Shown here piece by piece: positions 13,141 through 26,210 of a DNA stretch of 64,000 bases. The stretch is taken from the NCBI GenBank assembly GCA_965235115.1, contig OZ249436.1:22756001-22820000 (forward strand). The letters run 5' to 3'. The translations under genes and the position numbers were made by a program. The DNA comes from Laetmonice hystrix (taxonomy: Eukaryota). Under the pieces are notes generated by a model that saw nothing but the letters and a program-made list of their open reading frames with translations, had not been told where the DNA came from and ran no database searches. Every line of letters starts with the position of its first letter. Position 1 is the stretch's first letter.

Positions 13141-15331
13141 CTTTAAATTTTACCTTCATAGGTGCATTGGTCCTGCCTCGATACATGACAGAGTTGGCCT
13201 GTTTTGGAGTAGGGAGACCGGGGCAAAGCAGACCACCAAAATGTCTTTGGCCCTGTCGCCTACAATTTTGGAACAAGGCCAAACCTTTGGTCGTTATTAT
13301 ACCACATATGACCAATACTTTTTAGTAGGCCTATTACGAACAAAGTTCATCTTAACAATTTTTTATTGAAATATATGAAATTACAATAGGCCTAATCATC
13401 CTAATTCCACTTTGCCCCAGAAGGGTGAGGCAAAGTGGAATCCAGGGTGGGGCAAAGTGAAATTTCCTCGTATGGGGGCTACCCCACAGGACATTAGGCC
13501 CCTAACCCAACTAAAATGTTCTTCGAACTGTAAATGTTAAAAAACAAGAATTCAAAGTTATCTTGAATGCACAGTGTCCTTAACCATGCTTGCAGTTTTC
13601 TTTTGATTAATCTAGGTCCTGTGTAATTCACAGGTGAAACCAGGGTCGTCGTTGCAGCCGTTGCAGATTTCACACATGACAGGCCCGAAAGAACCCCCCC
13701 CCCCTCCCTTCTTGGGCCCAAAGGGCATGAATAGGTCACACTTATCCAATACTTGACTATTGTAAAAAAAAGTTTTCTATGGGCGTATGAACCTACATGT
13801 TAGGCCTAGGTTAGGCCTATATATTATTATAAGGCCTATGGGCCTATAGTTAAAAAAGAATATAGGCCCGGGGCGAATCTAGGGGGTCTGGACCCCCTTT
13901 GTGGTCAGGAAATAGCGGTTTTTTTTGGCCTTCCTAAATTCAAAAAATTTATGGCAAGGACCCCAGACCCCCCGCGCATGACTGTTATTGTAGGCTAGGC
14001 CTAAATGCCTTTAGTCGCGGTACCTGCCAAACAGACTGTCAGCTAACAAGGTGGGTGGGGCATAAATAAAGACGGCTCCACCAATAAGGTTAGACCTTGA
14101 CCTTTTGAGTCGAACACGTTATGGGATGTCGATGGATGACACAACGGAACGGACACCGGAACGGTCACACACAAACAAACGCAAAAAAATGCAAGTAGGC
14201 CTAAATATAGTGTTAAGTGCTTTATGTAACATAAATTTGGTTTATAATGGGATTAGACCCGATACACCATGCATTCGCCCTTTGGGAAGGGTTACGTGTA
14301 CGGGCATGACCATTTGCTGTCCTTATAATATGTCAGCGCTCCACGTAACGTAGGCCTACATGTGTCCAGCATTTGTCCTGTTAAATACAGTTCGGCCCGA
14401 ATTCATAAAAGTTGCCACGTTAACTCATATTAACTAATAACTCAATATTTTTCTTTTGAAAATTAGTATAAAACCTTCTCAGTTAGCCTGTTGCTGCCAA
14501 GTTGTAGTATCTGCATGACACTGTACGGTATGATGATGTCGCCAGGGGTCGGGCGCAACACCCTCGAGGTTAAGTGTCAAGGGTCGTCAGGTTAAGTGTC
14601 AAGGAGTTTGGTCAAGGCAATGTTCACTCACCATTGCCATTTGGTCAGGACAGCTGTCGGTCGCCATTTGTCATAGCATGACATGGCTCGTGCCCTAGAG
14701 GTTGGTAATCCACGTCATCCTTGTGGTTTCTTTTTTTTTTGTGGGGGGGGGGGGGGGATAGAAGATTTATTAGACATGGGAACACCGTGTAATGACGTGG
14801 TGTATCGGGCAATATACATGTATTTATTTGTTACTTGAGACTAGTTCGTATTGTTTAACAGTATAAATCTCGTCGTAGGCCTATTGTTTGCTGAGGGACC
14901 CAAATCTAAGTTTAAATGTTAGCGATACACAAATTGTTAAGTCTTTTGTTGAGGTTTCATGTCGCCCATAATGTAGACCTATTGTGTCAGTATTGCAGTA
15001 AAAGTTTATATTCTTGTGATAGTAGGTATACATGTCATTTTAGCTGTCTCTCAATGTCGCCAATGTCATGTCGCCCAATGTCAGTGTGAGTTTCATATGT
15101 AACGGCTGACATTTCGAATTGATATTGCTTACTTTTAGCATTTACGAAGGTCTTCATAATGCGTTTAGAATCCGCCTACAAGGCTCTGTCATTTGAATAT
15201 TGTCCATGTTTTCCTTAAAGTTTCACCATGTAGCCTACGTGCGTCGAAGAGTGCAATAAACGTTAAACCATCTGCTTTCGCAACAAACATTCATGACAAC
15301 CATAGATATGTGGAGACAAACTCGTTGACTA

Positions 15332-15544
15332 AAGTGCTGAACCCACCAAGGCGATTCCCCTTGCGACGGCCATGCGATTTTTGATTTAATGGTGGAATTT
15401 CACTCTGAAATTTTTCCTGGCTGGCCTTCTCCGTTTCAGGAAATGGGTTCCATCCTTTAATCTCAAAATTACAGTAAAATAAAAGGGTGATGTCAAAATC
15501 ACATGGGCGTCGCAAGGGGAATCGCCTTGGTGCGTTCAGCACTT
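15332..15544. mobile_element. MITE with ~45-bp TIRs
   Basis: AAGTGCTGAACCCACCAAGGCGATTCCCCTTGCGACG ... CGTCGCAAGGGGAATCGCCTTGGTGCGTTCAGCACTT, flanked by TA on both sides. Confidence 0.8.
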
Positions 15545-17058
15545 TATAGCTAAATGAACCAAATATGAATCTCGTCTGAATTATGCGACAAGGAGGCTAA
15601 TATGGACTGGTCTGTGGTTAAAATTAGACCACTCGACTTGTATTTCAACATGACATCTGTATTTGTTTACCGCTCGTATGTGTGACTATGCCACACATGT
15701 ATCTATTTTCACGATCTACGGAGCCCCTAATGGGTCATAGGTGGGCAACAAATTATTTTATTTCGTTCCCATTTTGAGGGAACGAAATAACATATTTCGT
15801 TCCCTCAAAATTATTTCGAATGAAGGAAATCACGTTTTTCTCGAAGTCAATTTGTGGGAACGAAATAACATAATTCCCACGAAATCATTTCCCCTTATCA
15901 CCCCTTTCAACTCTGCATTCTCCTTAATCACCTTTCCATTCCCTTTAACCACGGGGAACATTGAGCTTCCCATTCCCACGGAACTGTCACCAGAATCAGA
16001 GAAATATCTCTGAGCGGGGGCTAACGAGCGCACTTTGACGAGAAACTGGACCTGATGATCCATTCGTCGCTGACAGCGTCAGAGGCGGCCGGCTTTCCAG
16101 AATTAGGCGTCATTATGATCGCTGAGACAGCAGTGTGAAATTAGCTACTGGTTACTAGTTACTGGTTGCAGATACGATTTTCTGAGAGATTGGGACCTTG
16201 TCCGCTAATATGTCGCACACAAGGTCGCAATGCTCGACCCTTGGGACTATAGTGGACGGCGGGTCCAATAGTCCAAGCAGGGCTATCATACCCAATTGGG
16301 CTGGTCCCCTCACAATTTAATTTGTGGGTCCAAATTTCCCGAAACCATGCACTTGTAGGGTCGCACTCAAAGCCGCAGTGCTCGGCATTTCCGAGAGATT
16401 GGAACGGCGGTTCCACATAGTCCATGGGGAGTGCAATCAGACCCGACTAGACTGGCCCCCAGACAATTTCATTTGGCGGTCCAAATTAGGCAGTCGCACT
16501 TAGATAAAAAAAAAATAGCTTGTTCCATATGTACAAAAAAATAGGCCTAGGGGGGCCTATAGTCGAAATGGGGGGAAATTGATTAATGGTCATAGCGAAA
16601 AAAAGATAGCTTTGGCCTTAGCCACTTAGCCATTTCACACTGCTCACTGAGCCGCAGGTTCAGGTTCGTCAAGGTGGCAGCACTCGCTGCACGTCAAGGC
16701 GAAATTCAAATTGGGCCTTCTGTAATGAACATGATCGGCCCAATCATTTCGGCCCTTGAACTGCATGTTGGTCAGTAATATATTGCGCTAATTTGTGAAG
16801 ATGTTGAGCGAACTGAGATCGATTAGTTACGCCTGGGGGGAGATTCCCCTAATTCCGACACGAAACAGTGTGTTTGGGTTAGGGTAAAGATTAGGCCTAG
16901 GGTTAGTGTTAGTTTAGTCCCAAAATTGTTGTTAAATAGGCACTAACTTCTGGCCGTGACGTCATACCTAAGTCACGGGCTTGTAGCAGGATTAATCGAT
17001 CTCAGCTCTCTCAGTTCGCTGTTTATTGATGCCCGTCTGATGCTGGGTTTGTCAAAAT

Positions 17059-17240
17059 CAGTGGCGTACCCAGAAACTGGACCCAGGGGGTGCTGGAGGA
17101 CCCAGGGGGTGCTGGAAATAACCAACTCGTAGGCGCTGCAAATTGGGAGGAGCTGTGGGCCACCAATAAAAAAGATTGGCAAATTGAGGGGGGTGCTTGA
17201 GCACCCCAAGCACCCCCCCCCCTCCCTGGGTACGCTACTG
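17059..17240. mobile_element. MITE with CAGTGGCGTACCCAG termini
   Basis: CAGTGGCGTACCCAG ... CTGGGTACGCTACTG inverted ends. No clean TSD. Confidence 0.6.
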
Positions 17241-18214
17241 AAACGATGGTTGGGACTATCTCCCTTCCATTGCGGGGTTACTCAATTATCAGTGGAGCAA
17301 AATGTAGACATTATTTCGTTCCTTTAATAGCATTTCGCGAGACCAAAAAATGTTTTTTTTAGCTCCACAAAATCATTTCCAGGAAACGAAATATAAAATG
17401 TCGTCATCACGAAATGATTGTTGATTCCGAAAGAGCCAACGAAATGATTTCGAGGGAACAAAATAATGTTTACTTAACAAAACAAAACAAAAAAAGAAAA
17501 AGAAAGGCAACAATTTCGGTCAATGAACACATCAACTAAAAGAGCCAGGAATAATTGTCTCATACAAACCAATGGGGAAATCGACAGAGTGAAGGCCTGA
17601 CACATGTTTTTGCCCTGACCACGTAGATGGCCTTGACACGGGACACAAGTGCATTTCCCAGGGTGTTGATCAGCTGACCATGTTGCCAAGTCCCTGGACA
17701 GGAATAACTTCAGAGGGCCCTGGGGGACTTGCTGGCAATAAAAGGCTGGGTGTAGCTCGTTTCTGAAATCAGTTCTTGGGGAGCAGACGACGTTCAGAGT
17801 AGGATGCGCCGCCGATACCAGTCCACCAGGTTGTGCTCACAGCGCATGCAGGGCGGCATGGTCGATTTTGTTACCAATAAATCCGTCTTCAAAGTTTCTA
17901 TTTTGTCATTGCTGCTTTACTACCCTTTCATCTGATTAAACATTAGTATTGCAGTTCTTCTTTTGTTGAGTATATTTCCTGGGAACACATCCATGACACA
18001 TATATTGCTGTATGTTCAAATTCGTATTTGGGGTGTAACTCGAAGGCATCGTGTCAGCGGTTGGGACTGTGAACGTGCCGGTGTGCCATGAAATATAGGG
18101 ACTGTGTCCACTCATGCGGGTCCCGACACGGCGACACAGTCCCATATTTGTAATGTGTTTTTAAAAATCCGTATCCGTATCCGTGTCCGCATCCGGACCT
18201 GTGGACACGAAGCT

Positions 18215-18640
18215 TAATGCGTCAAAATGCGGCAATATTTCATGACTGCAATTTTTCATAGCCATTGGCTATGAAATATTGCAGTCATGAAATATTGCCG
18301 CATTTTGACGCATTACTGCAATATTTTATGACTGCAATATTTCATAGGCGGCATTATGCCACAGCTATAGGCTATGGAATATTGCAGTTCGTGGAATATT
18401 GCAGCATTTCATGACTGCAACATTTCATAGGCGGCATTTTTCCATAGCTACAGACCATGAAATAATGCAGTGACACAACACTGCAATATTTCATAGCCAG
18501 TCTATGAAAACTTCAGGCTATGAAATAATGCAGTGATGCAATATTTCATAGCTACAGGCTATGAAATAATACAGATTATGAAATATTGCAGTATTGTGTC
18601 ACTGCAATATTTCATAGCTACAGACTATGAAATAATACAT
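18215..18640. repeat. Mixed-orientation array of ACTGCAATATTTCATAGC motifs, including a 101-nt near-perfect palindrome
   Basis: 18215-18315 has 49-bp arms, 1 mismatch and a 3-nt loop. The motif and its reverse complement repeat to ~18640. Confidence 0.85.
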
Positions 18641-19119
18641 ACGTACGCCTAGTCCGGTTGGGACTGTGAACGTGCCGATGTCGTCAGCCTCAGGGCACTC
18701 AGGCCGAAGAAGACACAGGGGAAGGGATGATCAGGTAGAGCAATCTTGTTCCCAATCCTTATTAAGGCTACCATCTACATGTGTGTACGTGATTGGGTTA
18801 TTGGATTACCAACGATGTGTCTCAACCTCCTCCAGTGTAAGTGTCACGTGTCAGCCGAGTCAGCGGCACGGTTACTGCCCGACCCTCTCCTTACCAACGT
18901 CTTCTTCTAATATTTCAAGGGCACCTAAATCCACTGAGCCTCTACGTGCCTGCCAGCAGCATGTTCTTGCCGACTTTCAGTCTGCTTTGTTCACTAAATC
19001 TCAATTTCTCTTCTTTATATAAATGTGGGGCTTTTTTCCTTTTAGTGAGAGCTAGCCACATCTTTAGCCATCTAAGGAGGGCCTCGTTTGTTGTAGAGAT
19101 CATAATTATCATCGCCTTG

Positions 19120-19348
19120 AAAGTCATTCTCCTACCAGGGCCAGGGAGGTGCCACTTAATGGAGAAAGTCATTCTCCTACCAGGGCCAGGGACGTGCACT
19201 TAATGGAGAAAGTCATTCTCCTACCAGGGCCAGGGACGTGCCACTTAATGGAGAAAATCATTCTCCTACCAGGGCCAGGGACGTGCCACTTAATGGAGAA
19301 AGTCATTCTCCTACCAGGGCCAGGGACGTGCCACTTAATGGAGAAAGT
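19120..19348. repeat. 45-bp minisatellite, ~5 copies
   Basis: Unit AAAGTCATTCTCCTACCAGGGCCAGGGACGTGCCACTTAATGGAG. Confidence 0.9.
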
Positions 19349-19379
19349 CGGAGCCGGAGCCGGAGCCGAAGCCATGCAG

Positions 19380-20005
19380 CTCCCCCGAGCCCCCCCCCCA
19401 CCAGCCCCCACCAGCCCCCCCCCCCACCAGCCCCAGCTCCCCCCCCCCGAGCCCAAGCTCCCCCCCCCCAGCCTCAGCTCCCCTAGCCCCAGCCCCCCCC
19501 CACCCGAGCCCCCTCCAGCCCCAGCTCCCCCCCACCAGCCCCGGCCCCCCGAGCCCAGCTTACCCCCCCCCCCAGCCCCCCCCCCAGCCCCAGCTCCCCA
19601 GCTCCCTCTAGCCCCAGCTCCCCCCCCAACCAGCCCTAGATCCCCCCGGAGCCCCAGCTCCCCCGAGCCCCCCCCCCCCAGCCCCCACCAGCCCCAGCTC
19701 CCCCCCCCCCCCGAGCCCAAGCTCCCCCCCCCCAGCCTCAGCTCCCCTAGCCCCAGCCCCCCCCCCACCCGAGCCCCCTCCAGCCCCAGCTCCCCCCCCC
19801 CACCAGCCCCGGCCCCCCGAGCCCAGCTTACCCCCCCCCCGCCCCCCCCCCCCCCAGCCCCAGCTCCCCAGCTCCCTCTAGCCCCAGCCCCCCCCCCCCC
19901 AACCAGCCCTAGATCCCCCCGGAGCCGCCCCAGCTCCCCCCGGAGCCCCAGCTCCCCCCCCCACCAACCAGCCCTAGCTCCCCCTCGAGCCAGTCCCCCC
20001 CTCCC
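19380..20005. repeat. C-rich low-complexity tract (CCCCAG-based) with an internal ~250-bp duplication
   Basis: Long C runs; ~19410-19665 is repeated at ~19680-19925. Confidence 0.85.
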
Positions 20006-20951
20006 TCAAGCCTTCTTTTCGAAGACAGTTGCTCAGGGAAATGGGCGGAGAGAAGGCACGTGCACTGACTGAGAATGATGCATTACTACGACTTAAAAAG
20101 CTAATGGTGTCCATAACTACCAGTGAGTCAGTGGTAGACGCCGGAGTCTAGAGGGACGCGTTTCTGCGAGATGAGGCCAATTACGTGGCATCATACATTG
20201 TGCACCTCAGAGACAGCCGAATAAACATAGCTACGGCGAATTCTGGTTGAGAATCGACTGAATAATTAAATAGGGTAAGGTTGAACGTCTCGCATAGATC
20301 ACACGTCCTAGTAGTTAGTGACCAAGAACGTTCCACGTAAAGGGCAGGTTAAAGATATATCGGCGTCATAGGCCAAAAATTGAAAACAATACCAAAGTTC
20401 TAATTTTTTGTGTATAGCTTAGGACAATACTGATGATTTTAAAAGAAAAAAAAACTAGGCCACCGTTCTACTTTTTGAGATAGCGGGTAAAGCTTTAATG
20501 CAAAAAACAGCTTTCATTGAGTTCAACGTTAAATTGATCAATGTTTTATTTTATTTTATTTTAGCTTATACCACGAATATGCTATACACAAATCATTAGA
20601 ACTTTGGTATTACTTTAATTTTTTTGAATATCACGCTAGTTTAATCCAATGGGAAATATTAGTACCGTTTTCTGCCACCAGATGTAGTGACCGTCCCACG
20701 TCGGTTTATCTTTAATTGCCCGGGACGTGTATCTTAATTAACCATTTCAATGTCATTATTTAAACGACAGGACAGGCTAGTAGGACGTGTTGGGGAAATC
20801 TAAAACAACAACTCTCAATAAACGCTCTTGTGTATACATAAGACTTTATTTCGGATGAACATGTACAAAGTTATGGCGATTATTGAATCACTGCGATGAC
20901 CATTTGTGACACCATGCAGAGAGAGCGATAGGAAGGGAGCAAAAGCAAAAG

Positions 20952-21000
20952 CGAGAGAGACAGAGACAGAGACAGAGAGAGAGACATACAGACAGAGAGT
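20952..21000. repeat. (GA)n/(GAGACA)n microsatellite
   Basis: gagagagacagagacagagacagagagagagac. Confidence 0.8.
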
Positions 21001-22825
21001 GAGTGGGTGTAAAAGTAAAAGTATTATCGAGAGAAGATATCAAAGTGACAGTGTGGCACCAAACACCGACACCCTCTTTAGCCTGACTTCTGGGTCCAGT
21101 CCTTAAAATCATAAGGTTTAGCTTCAAGCTTGTCACACAAACACACATCATTAATTCTGAATTCGGTAAGACTCGGACAGCCGGAAAGTTCAGCAATCAC
21201 GGGCTTCTCTGCGCTGGTACGAAACCTTGCCAGGGGCCGTTTGCATGACTTACCGTCGGTACGTCCCCATTAAAATCCAAATTCAAAATAGACTGGGATT
21301 TTAATGGGGAACAGCTCACGGAAGGTCCTGCAAACTGCCTGCGTCGCCACAGTTGGCCTTCTGATCGGTCATGTCTACATTGTACATTCTACCTGTCTGC
21401 CACACGTAGTAATCCGGGACCAACACACACTGGCCACACATTTATAACCTTTGCCGATATCCTGCTACGCCTTCATGGCCGACATATATGATAATAAATA
21501 CTTTGATCAATATAGTTTATTTTTTCACTATAAATATTAACGACCTGGAGAGATACTCGTGGGTTCCATGTACATAGTTAGAACGTGTTATATCTTGGCA
21601 AACATAACCTTTGCAAACAGGCAATTTGCAATAATCGGCCTCGATTTACCACCTCCCCAAACCCAAATAAATTCTACTCAGCAGCAAAGGGAAACTCAAC
21701 ACATCCACAGCAACAGGTCACTACGACACACTACAAGACGGTGTGTCGGTTTAGTCTACTGACCTTCCCGGTGGCCACAACAGTAAAAATGTTCTGAGAT
21801 CTACGGACCTTGCCACTTCAAGGTCCCAGTTCCAATTGCTCTACATCCGGGTTACTGGGAACAGTAATCAACACGACTATTGTATTTGACAGCCAACGTT
21901 AGGTTAATGGTCACTCATGTTACCTGGCAAGTACTGTCAATGTCAGGTATATCTCAACTCAGTTAAGCATTCAGCATTACAACATTTTCGATTAGCTGAA
22001 CCACTTATAGAAGGTTCAGCTGTTTAGAAAAAGAAAATGTTGGCAAACATTAGTTTATAATACCCAGATATATTGATAAAATACAATACCACTACAAAAC
22101 GTTATGTATGTCTGTATTTACAAGAATCTTTCTAACAAACTGTACAATTCATCTGCCCCACACTTACCCACCCAAACCCACGCACATCCCCACGTCACAT
22201 GGTGCGACAGGTTCAAACCGACATGCCCTACCGTATTTGAGCATTTTATTGTATAGAAATGGATGCTTATGATCCTTTAAACCGGACATAACCTCACAGT
22301 TCCTGCCGAGAGGTTACCGCCCCTTCCCTCGACACCCCCCCCCCCCCCGATAGATTTCAGTTGTGTTTTTGTACTGGCCAAACAAACAAGCCGAGAGGAG
22401 ATTCCAAACGGGGGTTGCCCTGAGAGAGATTGGGCCAGTGCCAAGGGAGAAATGTGGGAGAACAGTACCTAGGAAGGCATTCAGCCCCAAATTTTATGGA
22501 AATTCAAAGTTGAGTGACAACATTCCGCATTCCAAAAGTACAAGGCAGGTACTCGTTTACATGTGGCGAAGCTATGCTAAGGACAACAAACAAATGGCTA
22601 CATGTCTACCCTGACTGTCCTTTCGTCAATCACGGTTATACGGTACATTGACCCCAGGCCTAATCATTCTATCGACGGCCCTACTCATCCCCACCTACTA
22701 TACCGACCCCCTTTTTGGGAGGGGAGGGGGGGAGGTGTACTCGATTTTGGAAGCCCCCAAAAAAACAGGTCTGCAGGAAATCTGACGCTAACGGTTCGAC
22801 TTGTACAACGGCGACGATGGCGCTG

Positions 22826-24004
22826 GGACCGATGTCCTGTCACCAGGGTCTTGTCACGGTAGGCCTATCCCCCGGTACGTGGACCAAGGTCTCGTCACGG
22901 TATCCCCCGGTACCTGGACCAAGGTCTTGTCACGGTAGGCCTATCCCCCGGTACGTGGACCTAGGTCTTGTCACGGTATCCCCCGGTACGTGGACCAAGG
23001 TCCTGTCACGGTATCCCCCGGTACGTGGACCAAGGTCTCGTCACGGTATCCCCCGGTACGTGGACCAAGGTCTCGTCACGGTATCCCCCGGTAAGTGGAC
23101 CAAGGTCTCGTCACGGTATCCCCCGGTACGTGGACCAAGGTCTCGTCACGGTATCCCCCGGTACGTGGACCAAGGTCTCGTCACGGTATCCCCCGGTAAG
23201 TCGACCAGGGTCTTGTCACGGTATCCCCCGGTACGTGGACCAAGGTCTCGTCACGGTATCCCCCGGTGAGTGGACCAAGGTCTCGTCACGGTATCCCCCG
23301 GTAAGTGGACCAAGGTCTCGTCACGGTATCCCCCGGTAAGTGGACCAAGGTCTCGTCACGGTATCCCCCGGTAAGTCGACCAGGGTCCTGTCACGGTATC
23401 CCCCGGTACCTGGACCAAGGTCTCGTCACGGTATCCCCCGGTACGTGGACCAAGGTCTTGTCACGGTAGGCCTATCCCCCGGTACGTGGACCAACGTCTT
23501 GTCACGGTATCCCCCGGTACCTGGACCAAGGTCTTGTCACGGTAGGCCTATCCCCCGGTACGTGGACCAAGGTCCTGTCACGGTATCCCCCGGTACGTGG
23601 ACCAAGGTCTCGTCACGGTATCCCCCGGTACGTGGACCAAGGTCTCGTCACGGTATCCCCCGGTACGTGGACCAAGGTCCTGTCACGGTATCCCCCGGTA
23701 AGTGGACCAAGGTCTTGTCACGGTATCCCCCGGTAAGTGGACCAAGGTCTTGTCACGGTATCCCCCGGTAAGTGGACCAAGGTCTTGTCACGGTATCCCC
23801 CGGTACGTGGACCAAGGTCTTGTCACGGTATCCCCCGGTAAGTGGACCAAGGTCCTGTCACGGTATCCCCCGGTACGTGGACCAAGGTCTCGTCACGGTA
23901 TCCCCCGGTACGTGGACCAAGGTCTTGTCACGGTATCCCCCGGTACGTGGACCAAGGTCCTGTCACGGTATCCCCCGGTAAGTGGACCAAGGTCCTGTCA
24001 CGGT
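22826..24004. repeat. 35-bp minisatellite, ~33 copies
   Basis: Unit GTACGTGGACCAAGGTCTCGTCACGGTATCCCCCG. Some units carry a 6-bp insertion (GGTAGGCCTATCC) and are 41 bp. Confidence 0.95.
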
Positions 24005-25349
24005 GAGCCCCCCTCCCCCCTCCACACACACACCCACACACGCACACACTACTTTATGATCAAACAACGCCAGCCGAGTTGTTTCGGCAACTAGACTCTA
24101 TCCTCAAAATCATAATGTTCTCGAAATAGCCACGAGTTAATTTATTATTATTATTGGGGGAAGTTAAATACACTGATAATGAATTCAAACGGAACAGAAG
24201 GACTGTGGCATGATCGATATAAAGTGAAGATCCACCCTTTATACTTATCATAAAAATACTATTAATCATAAAAATACTATTACCCACTAAAACCAAACAT
24301 GCCTATAATGCATATTTACTTATGTACACACACATACGTACACCCCCACACACCCGCATAAAACTGCCGACCCGCCCTATAGGTGGCAAAACAACACCAG
24401 AACCTACGCAAAGTCTGCATGCAAGAATAAATGTAATATATATAAATTAACTAATCCAAAACTTGTCATCCTGTGATTCTGACAATCCATCTATTTTATA
24501 GGATATGAGGGTTCCCATGTCATAATTCAATAGTTTAATGTTCTTAGTCTGACTATTTTCCCACAGTTACAAAATGTTGACAACGCACGGTAAGCTGCAT
24601 GGAAAAGAAAGTCACAGCCCCCCAAAAATAAATGGATACAATTTTAAGTACTTGCTGAGCCTTTCTATTATGTCGTTAAAGCGGAAACATGTGTGTCATT
24701 TAGCGTCGCTATTAAAATGTATCACACTGCTACCTCTAAAGTTTAATTTCAGTTTCAAGAAGACCAGAAATATCGGCGGAGAACTGATACATCTTTAAAT
24801 AGACAACTCTTCGACAACGACTTAGTGTTTTGATTCCTCACCATAAACTATTTGAGCTATCATAAAACAGCCACTTACTGGAACCAACTGAAACCGACCG
24901 TGATAATTGATAAGTACTGTAAACCAGCCAACCAACCACAGTGAATGACATCGTGAAATCACTTGACTTTTGTCTGTTTTAAAATGACATTAAAACACGA
25001 TGGCCAGCTTGTATCGCCAACAACGGACTGCTTGATACGCTGCTAACCGTTATGCTGGGAGACTCAAGCGCTTATTTACTGGGTTGACTCGGTAGACAAT
25101 AACCATTCAAAACTGAAGCTTTTGGTTCAGCATTCTATACTCGTTGGTTTCAGTGAACGTCCGCAGTTGGGCAGACAACTAGACCAACCTGATATAGGCT
25201 AACCACAAATCAGAGTACGACAGTGAGCATGCATAACATTTGGCTAGTGGGTGAAACGCATAATATACATGCGCCACGGAAACCACTCTTTTGGCGTTCT
25301 TAACGGCGACATACAGAAAATGAAACTTGTTCGTAACTCTTGTACAACA

Positions 25350-26210
25350 CGAAGTACAGGAAACAAAAAAAACTTGCTAAGCAGATACCGGCAATGAGCC
25401 TTTCATCAAAATTCAATTCACCTTGGCGAAGTACAGAAAACAAGATAGGCCTACTAGCTCAGCATATACCGGTAATGATCCCTTCGTTAAAATTCAATTC
25501 ACCTTGGGGAAGTACAGAAGAACAGAAAACAAGATACTCACTGAGCATATACCGGTAATGATCCCTGCATCAAAATTCAATTCACCTTGGGAAAATACAG
25601 AAGTACCGAAAACAAGATACTAGCTGAGCATATACCGGTCATGATCCCTTCGTCAAAATTCAGAAAACAAGATACTCACTGAGCATATACCGGTAATGAT
25701 CCCTTCGTCAAAATTCAATTCACCTTGGGGAAGTACAGAAGTACAGAAAACAAGATACTAGCTGAGCATATACCGGTCATGATCCCTTCGTTAAATTTCA
25801 TTTCACCTTGGGGAAGTACAGAAGTACAGAAAAGAGGATACTAACGCAGCATATACCGGTAATGATCCCTTCGTCAAAATTCAATTCACCTTGGGGAAGT
25901 ACAGAAAACAAGATACTCACTGAGCATATACCGGTATGATCCCTTCATCAAAATTCAATTCACCTTGGGGAAGTACAGAAGTACAGAAAACAAGATACTC
26001 ACTGAGCATATACCGGTAATGATCCCTTCGTCAAAATTCAATTCACCTTGGGGAAGTACAGAAGTACAGAAAACAAGATACTCACTGAGCATATACCGGT
26101 AATGATCCCTTCGTCAAAATTCAATTCACCTTGGGGAAGTACAGAAGTACAGAAAACAAGATACTCACTGAGCATATACCGGTAATGATCCCTTCGTCAA
26201 AATTCAATTC
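25350..26210. repeat. ~83-bp minisatellite, ~11 copies
   Basis: Unit AGCATATACCGGTAATGATCCCTTCGTCAAAATTCAATTCACCTTGGGGAAGTACAGAAGTACAGAAAACAAGATACTCACTG (26005->26088 = 83 bp). Confidence 0.95.

Noticed and set aside
19149..20072. 307-aa Pro-rich (extensin/formin-like) ORF
   Set aside because: Derived from a VNTR plus C homopolymer runs, with no globular domain or splice support.
22826..24004. CRISPR-like appearance of 35-bp repeats and overlapping ORFs
   Set aside because: Head-to-tail units with no unique spacers, no cas genes and a eukaryotic context; the ORFs are repeat translations.
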